The translations under genes and the position numbers were made by a program. From an uncultured delta proteobacterium (GTDB lineage: Bacteria; Desulfobacterota; Binatia; UBA9968): DNA of 64,000 nucleotides. The notes under the pieces were generated by a model. That model was not told the DNA's origin and searched no databases. It saw only the letters and a program-made list of their open reading frames with translations. The stretch covers positions 64,001 to 128,000 of the forward strand of contig CAVYTU010000002.1 of the NCBI GenBank assembly GCA_963771465.1, in the 5' to 3' direction. Of the stretch, positions 19,553 through 29,519 are shown piece after piece (the stretch's first letter is position 1; each line of letters starts with the position of its first letter).

Positions 19553-20983
19553 ATGGCTGATGTTACTGACATGCGGGGTTACATCGAGTTACTGAAGGAA
19601 ATGGGCGAGCTGCGCGAATTGGACGGGGTGGATTTGAACTTGGAAGTCGGGGCGTTGACCGAGCGCGCGGCGGAAAAAGAAGGCGACGCGCTGCTGTTCA
19701 ACAATTTTAAAAACTATCCGTCGGGTTTTCGCGTGATCACCAACGTCTTTCGCACCTGCAAACGTACCGGTCCGGCGATGGGCATCGCGGCGCAGAACGG
19801 CATCGACTTTCTCCACGAATGGCGCAAGAAACTCGCGGCCTACAAACCCGTGCCGGTGCAGCAAGTCGAAGGCGGCCCGGTGATGGAAAATCAAATGGCC
19901 GACGATCAAGTCGACTTGTATAAATTCCCCACGCCCAAATGGCACGATCTCGACGGCGGGCCGTTCATCGGCACCGGCTGCGGCGTCATCACCAAAGACC
20001 TAGACTCGGGCAAGATCAACGTCGGCACCTATCGCGTCATGGTGCAGGACAAAAATCATGTCTCGGTGAAAATGAACATGGGCAAACATGGCCGGCTCTC
20101 CTTCGAACGGGCGCGCGACGCGGGTAAGCCGCTGCCCATCGCCATCACGCTCGGCCAAGGCCCGGCGGTTTTTCTCGCCGCGCAGATGCCGCTGCCGCCG
20201 GACGTCAACGAATTTGAATTTGCCGGCTACTTGCAGGGCGCGCCGGTGGCCGTCGCTCGCGGCGCCGTGACCGGCCTGCCGATTCCGGCCAATGCTGAAA
20301 TCGTCCTGGAAGGCGAACTACCGCCGATGAAAGATGAAGACATGCCGAAGGAAGGACCGTTCGGCGAGTGGCCTGGATACTTCACCGATGTTAACGTTTG
20401 CGAGACGCCGGTGATGACGGTCAAGCGTGTCTACTACCGAAACAATCCGATTCTACTCGGCGCGCCGCCGCTCAAACCGCCGGCGAGCTATCTGCCCATG
20501 CCGCTCGGCGCGGCGACGCTTTGGGAGCAACTTGAGAAAGCCGGCATTCCCGAAGTGAAAGGCGTTTGGGGTTTCGTCTACGGCGGACAGCCGGGGCCTT
20601 TCACCGTTGTTGCCATCAAGCAACGTTACGCTGGGCATGCCAAGCAGGCTTTACTGGTTGCGGCCGGCGCCCGCGCCGGCGCCTATGGCGGAAAATTCGT
20701 CGTCGTGGTCGACGACGACATCGATATCACCAATCCTGGAGAAGTGATCTGGGCCATCGCCACCCGCTGTTACGTGCGCGGCGGCATCGACGTTATCAAA
20801 GACGTCTGGGCCTCGGTTTGCGAGCCGGCAATGCCGCCGGAAGAACGCTCGCCGCGCGGCTACACCTCCGACCGTGTTTTAATTGACGCCTGCCGGCCCT
20901 ACAAATGGATGGATCAGTTTCCGGCGGTCAACGCTTTCGAAAAGGAATACAAAGATAAGATCGAAAGTAAGTTCAAATTATAG
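19553..20983 (+). CDS. UbiD family (prFMN-dependent) decarboxylase
   Basis: DGGPFI, NVGTYR, EGPFGEW, VVDDDID, WAIATR. Confidence 0.92.
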   Translation: MADVTDMRGYIELLKEMGELRELDGVDLNLEVGALTERAAEKEGDALLFNNFKNYPSGFRVITNVFRTCKRTGPAMGIAAQNGIDFLHEWRKKLAAYKPVPVQQVEGGPVMENQMADDQVDLYKFPTPKWHDLDGGPFIGTGCGVITKDLDSGKINVGTYRVMVQDKNHVSVKMNMGKHGRLSFERARDAGKPLPIAITLGQGPAVFLAAQMPLPPDVNEFEFAGYLQGAPVAVARGAVTGLPIPANAEIVLEGELPPMKDEDMPKEGPFGEWPGYFTDVNVCETPVMTVKRVYYRNNPILLGAPPLKPPASYLPMPLGAATLWEQLEKAGIPEVKGVWGFVYGGQPGPFTVVAIKQRYAGHAKQALLVAAGARAGAYGGKFVVVVDDDIDITNPGEVIWAIATRCYVRGGIDVIKDVWASVCEPAMPPEERSPRGYTSDRVLIDACRPYKWMDQFPAVNAFEKEYKDKIESKFKL

Positions 20984-21084
20984 CCGAATTGTCCAAACTC
21001 AAAGCGCGTCGCAATATTTTGCCGACGGCAGCGTCAAACTGGTTGAAATTCGAACGCATGGCGGCCTAAAAAAGGAGTCGTCCT

Positions 21085-21738
21085 ATGGGAACAATTGAAG
21101 CGTTGAGTTTGGCCATGGGCACAGCTTGGACATCAGGTATCAACCTGTATGCCACAGTGGCGGCGTTGGGCATCGCCAGGCAGATGGAACTGATTCAGCT
21201 GCCGCAGAATCTTGAAGTGCTCGGCCATCCGTTGGTGATCGCCATCGCCAGCATCATGTATTTCATCGAATTTTTTGCCGACAAAGTGCCCTACGTCGAC
21301 AGCGGCTGGGATGCGATTCATACTTTTATCAGAGTGCCCGCGGGTGCCATCCTGGCGGCGCGCGCACTCGGCGATATGAACCCGGCGTTGGAACTAGCCG
21401 CCATGCTCGCCGGCGGCTCCATCGCCTTGGCCGCCCATGGCACCAAAGCGACCGCACGGTTGGCGATCAACGCCAGCCCGGAACCGTTTAGCAACTGGGC
21501 TGCCAGCGTCACCGAGGACGTTGCCGTCCTCGGCGGCATCTGGATGATATTTAACCATCCTTTGATCATGCTGATTCTAGTCATCGCCTTCATGGCTCTC
21601 GGCATCTGGATCGTGCCAAAAATCTTTCGCGTGGCCAAGCGTGGCTTCACCGCGCTGCGCAATAAGATGCGCGGCAGCAAGCCGGATCAAGCTGCGCCTT
21701 CTGCCGGCGCCCAGCCACCGGCTGCGGTGAATCCCTAG
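21085..21738 (+). CDS. DUF4126 domain membrane protein
   Basis: SGINLYA, EFFADKVPYVD, SPEPFSN, SVTED. Confidence 0.85.
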   Translation: MGTIEALSLAMGTAWTSGINLYATVAALGIARQMELIQLPQNLEVLGHPLVIAIASIMYFIEFFADKVPYVDSGWDAIHTFIRVPAGAILAARALGDMNPALELAAMLAGGSIALAAHGTKATARLAINASPEPFSNWAASVTEDVAVLGGIWMIFNHPLIMLILVIAFMALGIWIVPKIFRVAKRGFTALRNKMRGSKPDQAAPSAGAQPPAAVNP

Positions 21739-21754
21739 TGAACAAGCAAACCAC

Positions 21755-22614
21755 ATGGAACATTCACTATCTCAGCCACCGTCAAGCGCGCTTCCAGCGA
21801 CGCCCTTAACCCTCGACGGTGCCTACCTCCTGCACCAAATGTTTCGCGTTCGCTGGTCGGCCTGGAAAGGGCTCGGCAGACCGAGCAGAAACATATTTTA
21901 GCCAACGCGACGGCGCTATTCGGCGCCATGGAGCAGAACAAGCCCGAGCCGACCGGGCTTTTCTCCCTGCTCGGCCATAAAGGCGATCTGATGCTCGTCC
22001 ACTTCCGCAAGAAGTTGGACGACCTCAACCATGCTGAACTTTCGCTCACCCAGTGCGAATTAAACGAATATCTCGAGCCGACCACTTCCTATCTCTCCGT
22101 GGTCGAGCTGGGAATCTACGAAGCTTCGGTGAAACTTTACGCGGAGCTGACTGCCAAAGGATGGCAACCCGGGACCGCGGATTGGAACAGCGCAGTCGAG
22201 GCTGAACTGGTTAAGCAGCGCGAAGGCGCGGCGCCGCGCCTGTGGCCGGAGATTCCGCAACGCCGCTATCTGTGTTTTTACCCGATGAACAAGTTTCGCG
22301 GTGAAGCGAAAAATTGGTACAGCGAACCCATCCGCGAACGCCAACGAATGATGCGCGAACACGGCATGATCGGCCGTCACTATGCCGGCAGAGTCACGCA
22401 AATCATTTCAGGTTCCATCGGCTTCGACGATTGGGAATGGGGCGTCGATCTATTTGCCGACGATCCGCTGGTATTCAAGAAACTCGTCTACGAAATGCGC
22501 TTCGACGAAGCCAGCGCGGTCTATGGCCTGTTCGGCACATTCTTCGTCGGCCTGCGCTTTCCGGTAAGCCAACTGGCCGTCTTGTTCGACGGCAAGACGC
22601 CGAGCTTCACTTAA
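21755..22614 (+). CDS. chdC: Coproheme decarboxylase / chlorite-dismutase-family heme protein (frameshift at ~21875)
   Basis: ATG 21755 gives PLTLDGAYLLHQMF; downstream frame has YLSVVEL, YPMNK, NWY, HGMIGR, DDWEWGV, MRFDEASA. Confidence 0.8.
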
Positions 22615-22673
22615 TTTCTAATCAGCCATCGGCCAATTTCGAGATCCGCTCTGGTGCGGCGCGGAGGAGAACC

Positions 22674-23435
22674 ATGAGACTTAAGGATAAAGTCACCATC
22701 ATTACCGGCGCCGCCCACGGCATCGGCAAAGCTTACGCGCGCCGCTTCGCCGAAGAAGGCGCTCATGTGGTCATCGCCGATATCGATGGCGCCGGCGGCG
22801 CAGCGACCGCGAACGCAATTCTCGACGCCGGCGGGTCGGCCTGGTCGAGAACCAGCGACGTGCGCAGTCTGCCCAATGTCCAGGGACTCATGCAGGAGAC
22901 CGTAAATAAATTCGGCCGCATCGATGTCCTGCTCAACAACGCCGCGATCTATGTCACGCAAAAACTCTGGAAAGGTCCGGTCGAAGATTTGGAATTGGCC
23001 GAATGGGACCGCGTCATCGAAGTCAATTTAAAAGGCGTATTTCTGTGCAGCAAAGCCGCGATCCCGATCATGAAGCAACAAAAGAGCGGCAAGATTATCA
23101 ACATCGCGTCGGGGACGTTTTTTAGCGGCTCGGGCAACATGCCGCACTACACGACAGCTAAGGGTGGCGTGGTCGCGCTCACTCGCGTCATGGCGCGACA
23201 GCTCGGCGAGTTCGGTATCAACGTGAACTGCATGACTCCCGGCTCGACCATGAGCGAAGAAAACGTCTCGGAAGAAGTATTGAAACGGCGCGAAGGCAGC
23301 ATGGACAAGCGCGCCTTTAAACGCGTCGAGACGCCCGCCGACATCGTCGGCACGGCGGTTTTCTTGGCCAGCGCCGACAGCGACTTCGTCACCGGACAGC
23401 TGCTCGTCGTCGAAGGCGGCGGCATCATGCATTAG
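22674..23435 (+). CDS. SDR family oxidoreductase
   Basis: TGAAHGIG, NNAA, YTTAK; RBS GGAGGAG. Confidence 0.92.
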   Translation: MRLKDKVTIITGAAHGIGKAYARRFAEEGAHVVIADIDGAGGAATANAILDAGGSAWSRTSDVRSLPNVQGLMQETVNKFGRIDVLLNNAAIYVTQKLWKGPVEDLELAEWDRVIEVNLKGVFLCSKAAIPIMKQQKSGKIINIASGTFFSGSGNMPHYTTAKGGVVALTRVMARQLGEFGINVNCMTPGSTMSEENVSEEVLKRREGSMDKRAFKRVETPADIVGTAVFLASADSDFVTGQLLVVEGGGIMH

Positions 23436-23582
23436 ATCTCGTTAACCGCAGCGGGCGATTAAGTGGCGCAAAACTCAGTCGCATCGAGAGAACGCGCGAA
23501 GCGTGTGGCAAACTCCGCCGGAAATTTGCCGTTTAAAAGCTCGCAAAACACGGATAGTGGCGACGCGTCTATAGCTTGGGGA

Positions 23583-24080
23583 TTAATTTGAATTCGGCGT
23601 TACGCCGTAAACGTGGCCGCAGGAGTCGCAGAAAACAATATTGAATGGCGCGAGGATAAACTGCTTGCCGCGGCCCGTCGGCGCGCCTCCGCGGCGGGAG
23701 AGCACATGTTCACTGCCGACCACGGCGCAGGAAGGACACTTGGGTTCCGCCTGGGGCTTGGCTTTGAATTCTTGCGAGAAATGAAATCCGTTGCCGACAT
23801 CTTCACTGAAGTTGGGCTTTTCGTCTTCGACTGTTTTTTCCGGCTCGGGCTGAGCCCCAGCGGGTTTCGTCACCGAATCATAGACCATTCGCTGCTGGCC
23901 GTCCGACAAGACTGCGTAGGCGTCCAGCACCTGCTTAAACTTTCCCGCCGCTTCGTCATCACCGGGGTTACGGTCCGGATGATAACGAAACACCATCTGA
24001 CGATAGGCGCGTTTGATCTCGTCCGCAGAAGCTGCTCGCTTCACGCCCAGCAATGAATAGTAGTCGGTATTGGTATCCAA
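23583..24080 (-). CDS. J-domain protein with C-terminal zinc ribbon
   Basis: [15 protein letters not shown] domain; CPSC...CDSCGHVYG. Confidence 0.85.
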   Translation of the reverse strand: MDTNTDYYSLLGVKRAASADEIKRAYRQMVFRYHPDRNPGDDEAAGKFKQVLDAYAVLSDGQQRMVYDSVTKPAGAQPEPEKTVEDEKPNFSEDVGNGFHFSQEFKAKPQAEPKCPSCAVVGSEHVLSRRGGAPTGRGKQFILAPFNIVFCDSCGHVYGVTPNSN

Positions 24081-24142
24081 TCGCTAATACCTAGTCGCGG
24101 CGGGATAAGCGAGCCATCGGGTCATGATCATGACGGGAATCT

Positions 24143-24628
24143 TTAGCGGCGCAAGCGCCCGCGCGCGCCGCCCGTACCGGTCAATTTGCCGCGCTGTTTG
24201 TACATAGCGACGCACAAGTCGTAAATCGCGGAGCCGGCGCGGTCGTCGACAACATGCTCGTGATCACGATTGATATATTCTACCACTAACGTGGTGTCTT
24301 TGGCTCCTCGCTGGTTGTTCGCTAGGCGAATCAATTTAGCTTCGTTCTTGTCCAGGAAACCACCAATCGTGCGAAAAATTTGCGCCTGATTGAGAAAATC
24401 TTTAGACGGCGAAACCTGATTCCGTTTCTCATCACCGCTCCGGTCGAGCTCCACAATATCGGCCGGACGATAGTAAATCGTTACCGGCGTCGGCGCCGGC
24501 GGATCTTGGTAACCGCATCGCGCGGTATAATCCTTGCCCTCGCAACGGACTTCGAAGCACTTAAGCCCACGGCGCTCCAAATCCTGGCCGATACAGCGCA
24601 GCGCAGTGGCGTAATTGATTTGCGGCAT
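24143..24628 (-). CDS. Hypothetical protein with internal duplication
   Basis: RBS GGAG before MPQINY; two similar helices YATALRCIGQDLE and QAQIFRTIGGFLD. Confidence 0.7.
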   Translation of the reverse strand: MPQINYATALRCIGQDLERRGLKCFEVRCEGKDYTARCGYQDPPAPTPVTIYYRPADIVELDRSGDEKRNQVSPSKDFLNQAQIFRTIGGFLDKNEAKLIRLANNQRGAKDTTLVVEYINRDHEHVVDDRAGSAIYDLCVAMYKQRGKLTGTGGARGRLRR

Positions 24629-24821
24629 TCTTGGATCTCCGGCTCTAACCAATCGAATCATAAGACAAGCATTCACGGCCCACGCCGTTAAGTGTAAATG
24701 GTACGAACAGTGTGTGGAAAAAGCAACCAAAAACTTACCGCTACCGCTATGGAAAATAGCGGTCTGCGGGAAGTTTTCAGGAATTTCCGTGGATTGGCAG
24801 CAATCTTGTGGAGAAATGGAA

Positions 24822-25451
24822 TTATTCTGGCATCGCGGACAATGCGTCCATCACGCCAATCATGCTGTCGCGGGTGACTAGTTTTTCCAGCTCGGCGACG
24901 CTCAAACTCTCGGTTCCCACCGGGCGCAGCGGCAAGACGATGTAGCGAATGTCTGCGGTGCTATCATGTACCCGCACTTCCACGTCGTCGGCTAGTTCCA
25001 AACCAAATTCGCGCATCACGCCGCGCGGGTCGGCGACCGAGCGCTGGCGATAATTAAAACTCTTGTACCAATCGGGCGGCCGGCCGAGAATCGGCCGGGG
25101 ATAACAGGAGCAAAGCGTGCACACCACCATGTGGCGGACTTTTTCGCTGTTCTCCAACACCACAAACTCGTTGATCGCCGTGGCGTCAATTGCCATCTCT
25201 GCGCAGGCCGCTTTGGGATCGGCGATCAAGCGCGCTTTGAACGCGGCGTCGGTCCAGGCGCGCGCCACGAGTTTTGCGCCGTTGGCCGGTGTGCGCGCTT
25301 CCTGATATTCAATCTGGCACTGAATATCCTTTTCAGTGATCACACCTTTTTCAACCAATAGATCGCGAATCGCATAGATACGCTTGGCGAAATGGCTCAA
25401 CTCATGTTTCGGATGCTCATGGCCATGGTCATCGGTCACAGTATCGGCCAT
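24822..25451 (-). CDS. Cobalt nitrile hydratase alpha / thiocyanate hydrolase gamma-like subunit
   Basis: VVCTLCSCYPRPILG metal motif, LVARAWTD, VHDSTAD. Confidence 0.92.
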   Translation of the reverse strand: MADTVTDDHGHEHPKHELSHFAKRIYAIRDLLVEKGVITEKDIQCQIEYQEARTPANGAKLVARAWTDAAFKARLIADPKAACAEMAIDATAINEFVVLENSEKVRHMVVCTLCSCYPRPILGRPPDWYKSFNYRQRSVADPRGVMREFGLELADDVEVRVHDSTADIRYIVLPLRPVGTESLSVAELEKLVTRDSMIGVMDALSAMPE

Positions 25452-25464
25452 CGTGCGTCCTCCC

Positions 25465-25758
25465 CTAAGCGAGCGGTTCCAACCAATGATCGTAAATATC
25501 GACCAGCACTTTATCCTTCGCCCCGGCCGATTTTCCCCACACATCGGCCTGGTTGAAAGCGACTAAATAAAGCGTCTTCTTGGGCAAGCCGTCCTTGCCA
25601 AAGGCGAGCAATTCGGGATTCAAGAAATCGCCGTAGACTTTTTCAATCCAACCCGCTTTGCCGCGAATATACCAAGGCGTGCGCAGGTGTCCGGGACGGT
25701 CTTCGAATTTCACTTTGACCCGGTCGCCGGGTTTGAATGGTCCGTTTACCATGCTCAC
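25465..25758 (-). CDS. Nitrile hydratase beta C-terminal (SH3-like) / thiocyanate hydrolase alpha-like subunit
   Basis: FKPGDRV, GHLRTPWYIRGK, VDIYDHWLEP. Confidence 0.88.
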   Translation of the reverse strand: MSMVNGPFKPGDRVKVKFEDRPGHLRTPWYIRGKAGWIEKVYGDFLNPELLAFGKDGLPKKTLYLVAFNQADVWGKSAGAKDKVLVDIYDHWLEPLA

Positions 25759-26066
25759 GGTTCGCCCCACTTGGCTTCGAATTCGGCGAGCTTGTTGTCG
25801 ATTTCTTCCTTGGAGAGAATATTTTTTTCGATGAGAATAGCTTCGATGCTAGCAATCCAGCGCTCATAATAAGTCATGTCCCGGTAAGCTGCCGAGTCCA
25901 TTTCTTCGCGCGCGCGGCGCATCTCGTCGGTGCGCTTGACGCCGCGCGCGCCGAGCGCTTGATTTACCGCGTCGGCGAGAATTTCCCAATCGGAAAGTTG
26001 GTGCTCGTTCACGTCGATGGCTCCCGCGCCGGGAAGCCCGCCAACGTCATGATGCCCGCGCGCCAT
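25755..26066 (-). CDS. Nitrile hydratase beta N-terminal / thiocyanate hydrolase beta-like subunit
   Basis: HDVGG, DEMRRAREEM, YYERW. Confidence 0.88.
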   Translation of the reverse strand: MARGHHDVGGLPGAGAIDVNEHQLSDWEILADAVNQALGARGVKRTDEMRRAREEMDSAAYRDMTYYERWIASIEAILIEKNILSKEEIDNKLAEFEAKWGEP

Positions 26067-26075
26067 AATAGCCTC

Positions 26076-27848
26076 CTAAGCCTTTAATCGAGCGGCAAGC
26101 GCTTTGTGCTCGTCCTTGATACCGGTCGGCAAATGATCGCCGAAGGTAGCAAAAAAATCGCTCTGGCTCTTCAAGTTATTTTTCCATGCTTCCCGATCGA
26201 CTGAGACCAATTGATCGAGGTCTGCCTTGGAGACTTCCAGTCCATCGCCGCTCAAGCTCGCCGCTTTGGGCACATAGCCGATCGGCGTCTCATCCGCCTG
26301 GCCGCCGCCTTTTGAGCGCTCGATCACCCATCGCAGCACACGGAGGTTTTCGCCGAAACCGGGCCAGAGGAATCGGCCGCGCTCGTTACGCTGGAACCAA
26401 TTGACGCGGAATATTTTCGGCGGATTGGTCGCGCGCTGGGCCATCGACAACCAATGCCCCCAATAGTCGCCCATGTTGTAACCGCAGAAAGGCAGCATGG
26501 CCATTGGGTCGCGCCGCACCACACCGACCATGCCGGTTGCTGCGGCGGTCGTCTCCGACGCCAAAGTCGCGCCGAGAAAAGTACCGTGCTGCCAGTTGAA
26601 CGATTGATACACCAGCGGTACCAACTTTTGCCGGCGCGCGCCAAAAAGAATCGCGCTGATCGGCACGCCTTCGGGCTTTTCCCATTCGGGCGAATAGGTC
26701 GGCGCTTGTTTGATCGACACGGTAAAGCGCGCGTTCGGGTGCGCCGCCGGCTGGCCGCCTTCGGGATCCCAAGGCTTGCCGCGCCAATCTTGAGCATTGT
26801 CCGGCACCCGGTCATCGTGGCCTTCCCACCAAACCGTGCCATCATCACGCAGCGCGACATTAGTAAAGATGGTGTTCTTCTTCACCGTCTGCACCGCGTT
26901 GGGATTGGTGTTCGAGCCGGTGCCCGGTGCCACGCCGAAGAAGCCCGCTTCCGGATTGATCGCCCACAACCGTCCATCGGCACCGACGCGCAACCAAGAA
27001 ATATCGTCACCCACGGTGTGAATCTTCCAGCCCTTCATGCTTGCCGGCGGCACGAGCATCGCCATGTTGGTTTTGCCGCAGGCGCTCGGAAAGGCGCCGC
27101 AGATGTAAGTGATTTCGCCGTCCGGACTCTCGACACCGACGATCAACATATGCTCGGCGAGCCAGCCTTCTTTGTGACCGAGCTTGCTGGCGATACGCAA
27201 TGCCAAACATTTTTTTGCCAGTAAGGCGTTGCCGCCGTAACCGGAACCGACGCTCCAGATCGTGTTGTCCTGGGGATAGTGGCAGATAAAGCGCCGCTCC
27301 ATGTCGAGATCGGCTTTGGAATGGAGACAACGAGTGAAATCATCCGACGTGCCCAAATGATCCAAGGCGATTTTGCCCATGCGCGTCATCAACCGCATGT
27401 TGAGCACAACGTAAACGCTATCGGTAACTTGGACGCCGACCTTACTAAACGACGAGCCCTGCGGCCCCATCAAAAATGGAATGACGTACAACGTCCGGCC
27501 GCGCATCGAACCAGCGAATATCTTCGAGAGTTTGTCGTAGGACTCCGCGGGCGCCATCCAGTTATTGTTCGGTCCCGCGTCTTCCTGCTGTTCGGAACAA
27601 ACGAAAGTCAGATTTTCGGTGCGTGCCACGTCGTTCTGAGCACTGCGATGGAGATAGCAACCGGGCAGTTCCTTTTGGTTGAGCGGCAAAAGGTCACCGC
27701 ATTGAACCGCGACATGGGTTAATTTTTCCCGCTCCGCTTCAGAGCCGTCGCACCAGTAAACATTGTCCGGCTGGCACATCGCCGCCATCTGCTTGACCCA
27801 TTGTTGGATATGGATGTTATTCGGAACCGTCCCTGGGATATCGCTCAT
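26076..27848 (-). CDS. pckG: Phosphoenolpyruvate carboxykinase (GTP)
   Basis: GSGYGGNAL, FPSACGKTN, GDDI, NPEAGFFGVAPG, HPNARF, RDPMAMLPF. Confidence 0.96.
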   Translation of the reverse strand: MSDIPGTVPNNIHIQQWVKQMAAMCQPDNVYWCDGSEAEREKLTHVAVQCGDLLPLNQKELPGCYLHRSAQNDVARTENLTFVCSEQQEDAGPNNNWMAPAESYDKLSKIFAGSMRGRTLYVIPFLMGPQGSSFSKVGVQVTDSVYVVLNMRLMTRMGKIALDHLGTSDDFTRCLHSKADLDMERRFICHYPQDNTIWSVGSGYGGNALLAKKCLALRIASKLGHKEGWLAEHMLIVGVESPDGEITYICGAFPSACGKTNMAMLVPPASMKGWKIHTVGDDISWLRVGADGRLWAINPEAGFFGVAPGTGSNTNPNAVQTVKKNTIFTNVALRDDGTVWWEGHDDRVPDNAQDWRGKPWDPEGGQPAAHPNARFTVSIKQAPTYSPEWEKPEGVPISAILFGARRQKLVPLVYQSFNWQHGTFLGATLASETTAAATGMVGVVRRDPMAMLPFCGYNMGDYWGHWLSMAQRATNPPKIFRVNWFQRNERGRFLWPGFGENLRVLRWVIERSKGGGQADETPIGYVPKAASLSGDGLEVSKADLDQLVSVDREAWKNNLKSQSDFFATFGDHLPTGIKDEHKALAARLKA

Positions 27849-28031
27849 GAGTGGCTATATGTCCTTTCCAAAATGCGTCGTTTGAAGCACCAGCCTGACA
27901 ACTCCGCGAGCGCTCAAAAAGATTCTGCAACCGAGCAAAAAATTTCTCCCAACAGGCCGGAGTCGTTGGGCTTTCTACTAGTCGGGAAGCCTACTTATTC
28001 ACTGAGGTGAAGTCAAATGAAGGGCGGCGGA

Positions 28032-28938
28032 TCACTCTTTGAAAATGCGCGCCAGCCGCCAGCGGCCGGCAGCGACATCTTCAGTCCACTCGGCGAGCGC
28101 GACTAACGTGCCCCGTGGATCAAGTATAGCGAGGAGTTTTTCGCCCTCGCGCGGCCGGCCGAGTTGCGGCTAGAACTTCTTGCTGGCCTAGGCGCAATCG
28201 AGAAATCAATTGGCTGCGCCACGCCACCGCGGGCAAATGACTTAATGCCGAGCGCAACGAAAGCAGCGGGGGCGCTCCGTTGGCACAGCGTTCCTCCAAC
28301 TCATCAGGCGTGAGCGCTTCGCTGATATTTAAATGGTCGCAGGCCGAGCGCCGGAGAGTTTTCAAATGTGCGCCACAGCCTAACTCCGTACCCATGTCCG
28401 CCGCCAACGTACGCACGTAGGTGCCGCGCGAACAGATCACCTCGAACTCAATTTCCGTCTCGCTTAATTGTCGAAGCGTGAGCGCTTTGATGCGAATCGC
28501 CCGCGCTTCACGGGGGATTTCCTTACCTTGGCGCGCCAACTGGTACAAACGTACGCCGTCTTTCTTGAGCGCCGAAAACATCGGCGGGACTTGCGTCAGA
28601 TCGCCGGTGAATTTGCTTTCGAGCATCGTGAGTTCCGCCCCTCCGACCGGGGGCACGGAGCGCGTTTCGATCACCTTGCCGGTACAGTCTTGCGAATCGG
28701 TCTCCACGCCCAACACCATCACGCCGACATAGCTCTTCGCGCCGCTAAGAAAAATATCGGCAATTTTGGTGCCTTCGTTGACACCGATGAGCAGCAAGCC
28801 GGACGCGAACGGATCGAGCGTGCCGAGATGCCCGACCTTTTTCGCCCCCAGAATCGTTTTCACCCGGTGCACCACTTGGGCCGAAGACGGCCCCACCGGC
28901 TTGTCGATCAGCAGCACACCGCTTTGCGTCGTTATCAT
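28032..28938 (-). CDS. truB: tRNA pseudouridine(55) synthase (frameshift at ~28168)
   Basis: DKP, GHLGTLDPFASG, QVPPMFSA, GTYVR; removing one base restores C-terminus ..GTLVALAEW..WRLARIFKE*. Confidence 0.92.
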
Positions 28939-28994
28939 AGGGAAAGAGGCCGTTCGAGAAAGAATGGAGTATTTTTAGAAAAAAGAACTACGAT

Positions 28995-29052
28995 TCATCA
29001 CGAAAGATACGAAGTCCGCCCGGAACAAGTCAAAGGGAGCACGGAACTCGGA
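28995..29052. repeat. REP-like arm with nested 22-nt insert
   Basis: tcatcacgaaagatacgaag[tccgcccggaacaagtcaaagg]gagcacggaactcgg; outer part resembles the 44516 element. Confidence 0.5.
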
Positions 29053-29064
29053 GTGAAAATCAAG

Positions 29065-29406
29065 TTAACTCTTTACCTGCTTCAACAATTCATCGATGCG
29101 CTGGGCTTCGTCTTCGCTGTCGTCGTAGGTAAATTCGATCGCCGGGACGAATCGCAGGTTGAGCTGATTGCCAACCCTCGAGCGGATAAATCCGCTGGCG
29201 CTCTTCAGACCCGCCGCTGCGTTAATGCGAGAATCTTGTCCGCCGCGAATGTTGAAATAGACTCGGGCATTGCGCAAATCTTTGCTGACTTTCACGCCGG
29301 TGAGTGTAACCGTCTGCACCCGCGGGTCACGGATGTCTTTGCGCAAAAGCTCCGCAATCACTTCAAGGATCAAATCACCGACCCGGTCTGAGCGTTGATA
29401 CTCCAT
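29065..29406 (-). CDS. rbfA: Ribosome-binding factor A
   Basis: RSDRV, DPRV, VSKDLRNARVY, LRFVPAIEFTYD; operon position. Confidence 0.95.
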   Translation of the reverse strand: MEYQRSDRVGDLILEVIAELLRKDIRDPRVQTVTLTGVKVSKDLRNARVYFNIRGGQDSRINAAAGLKSASGFIRSRVGNQLNLRFVPAIEFTYDDSEDEAQRIDELLKQVKS

Positions 29407-29519
29407 GGATTTTAGGGTGACGAAAAATTTTGCGGCGCGAAGGACATGAAGATTCGGATTGTCAATTCTGCCCTTGGCGCCGTTTGCGGCCAATTGTCTG
29501 GCGTCCGAAAAAATATTCT

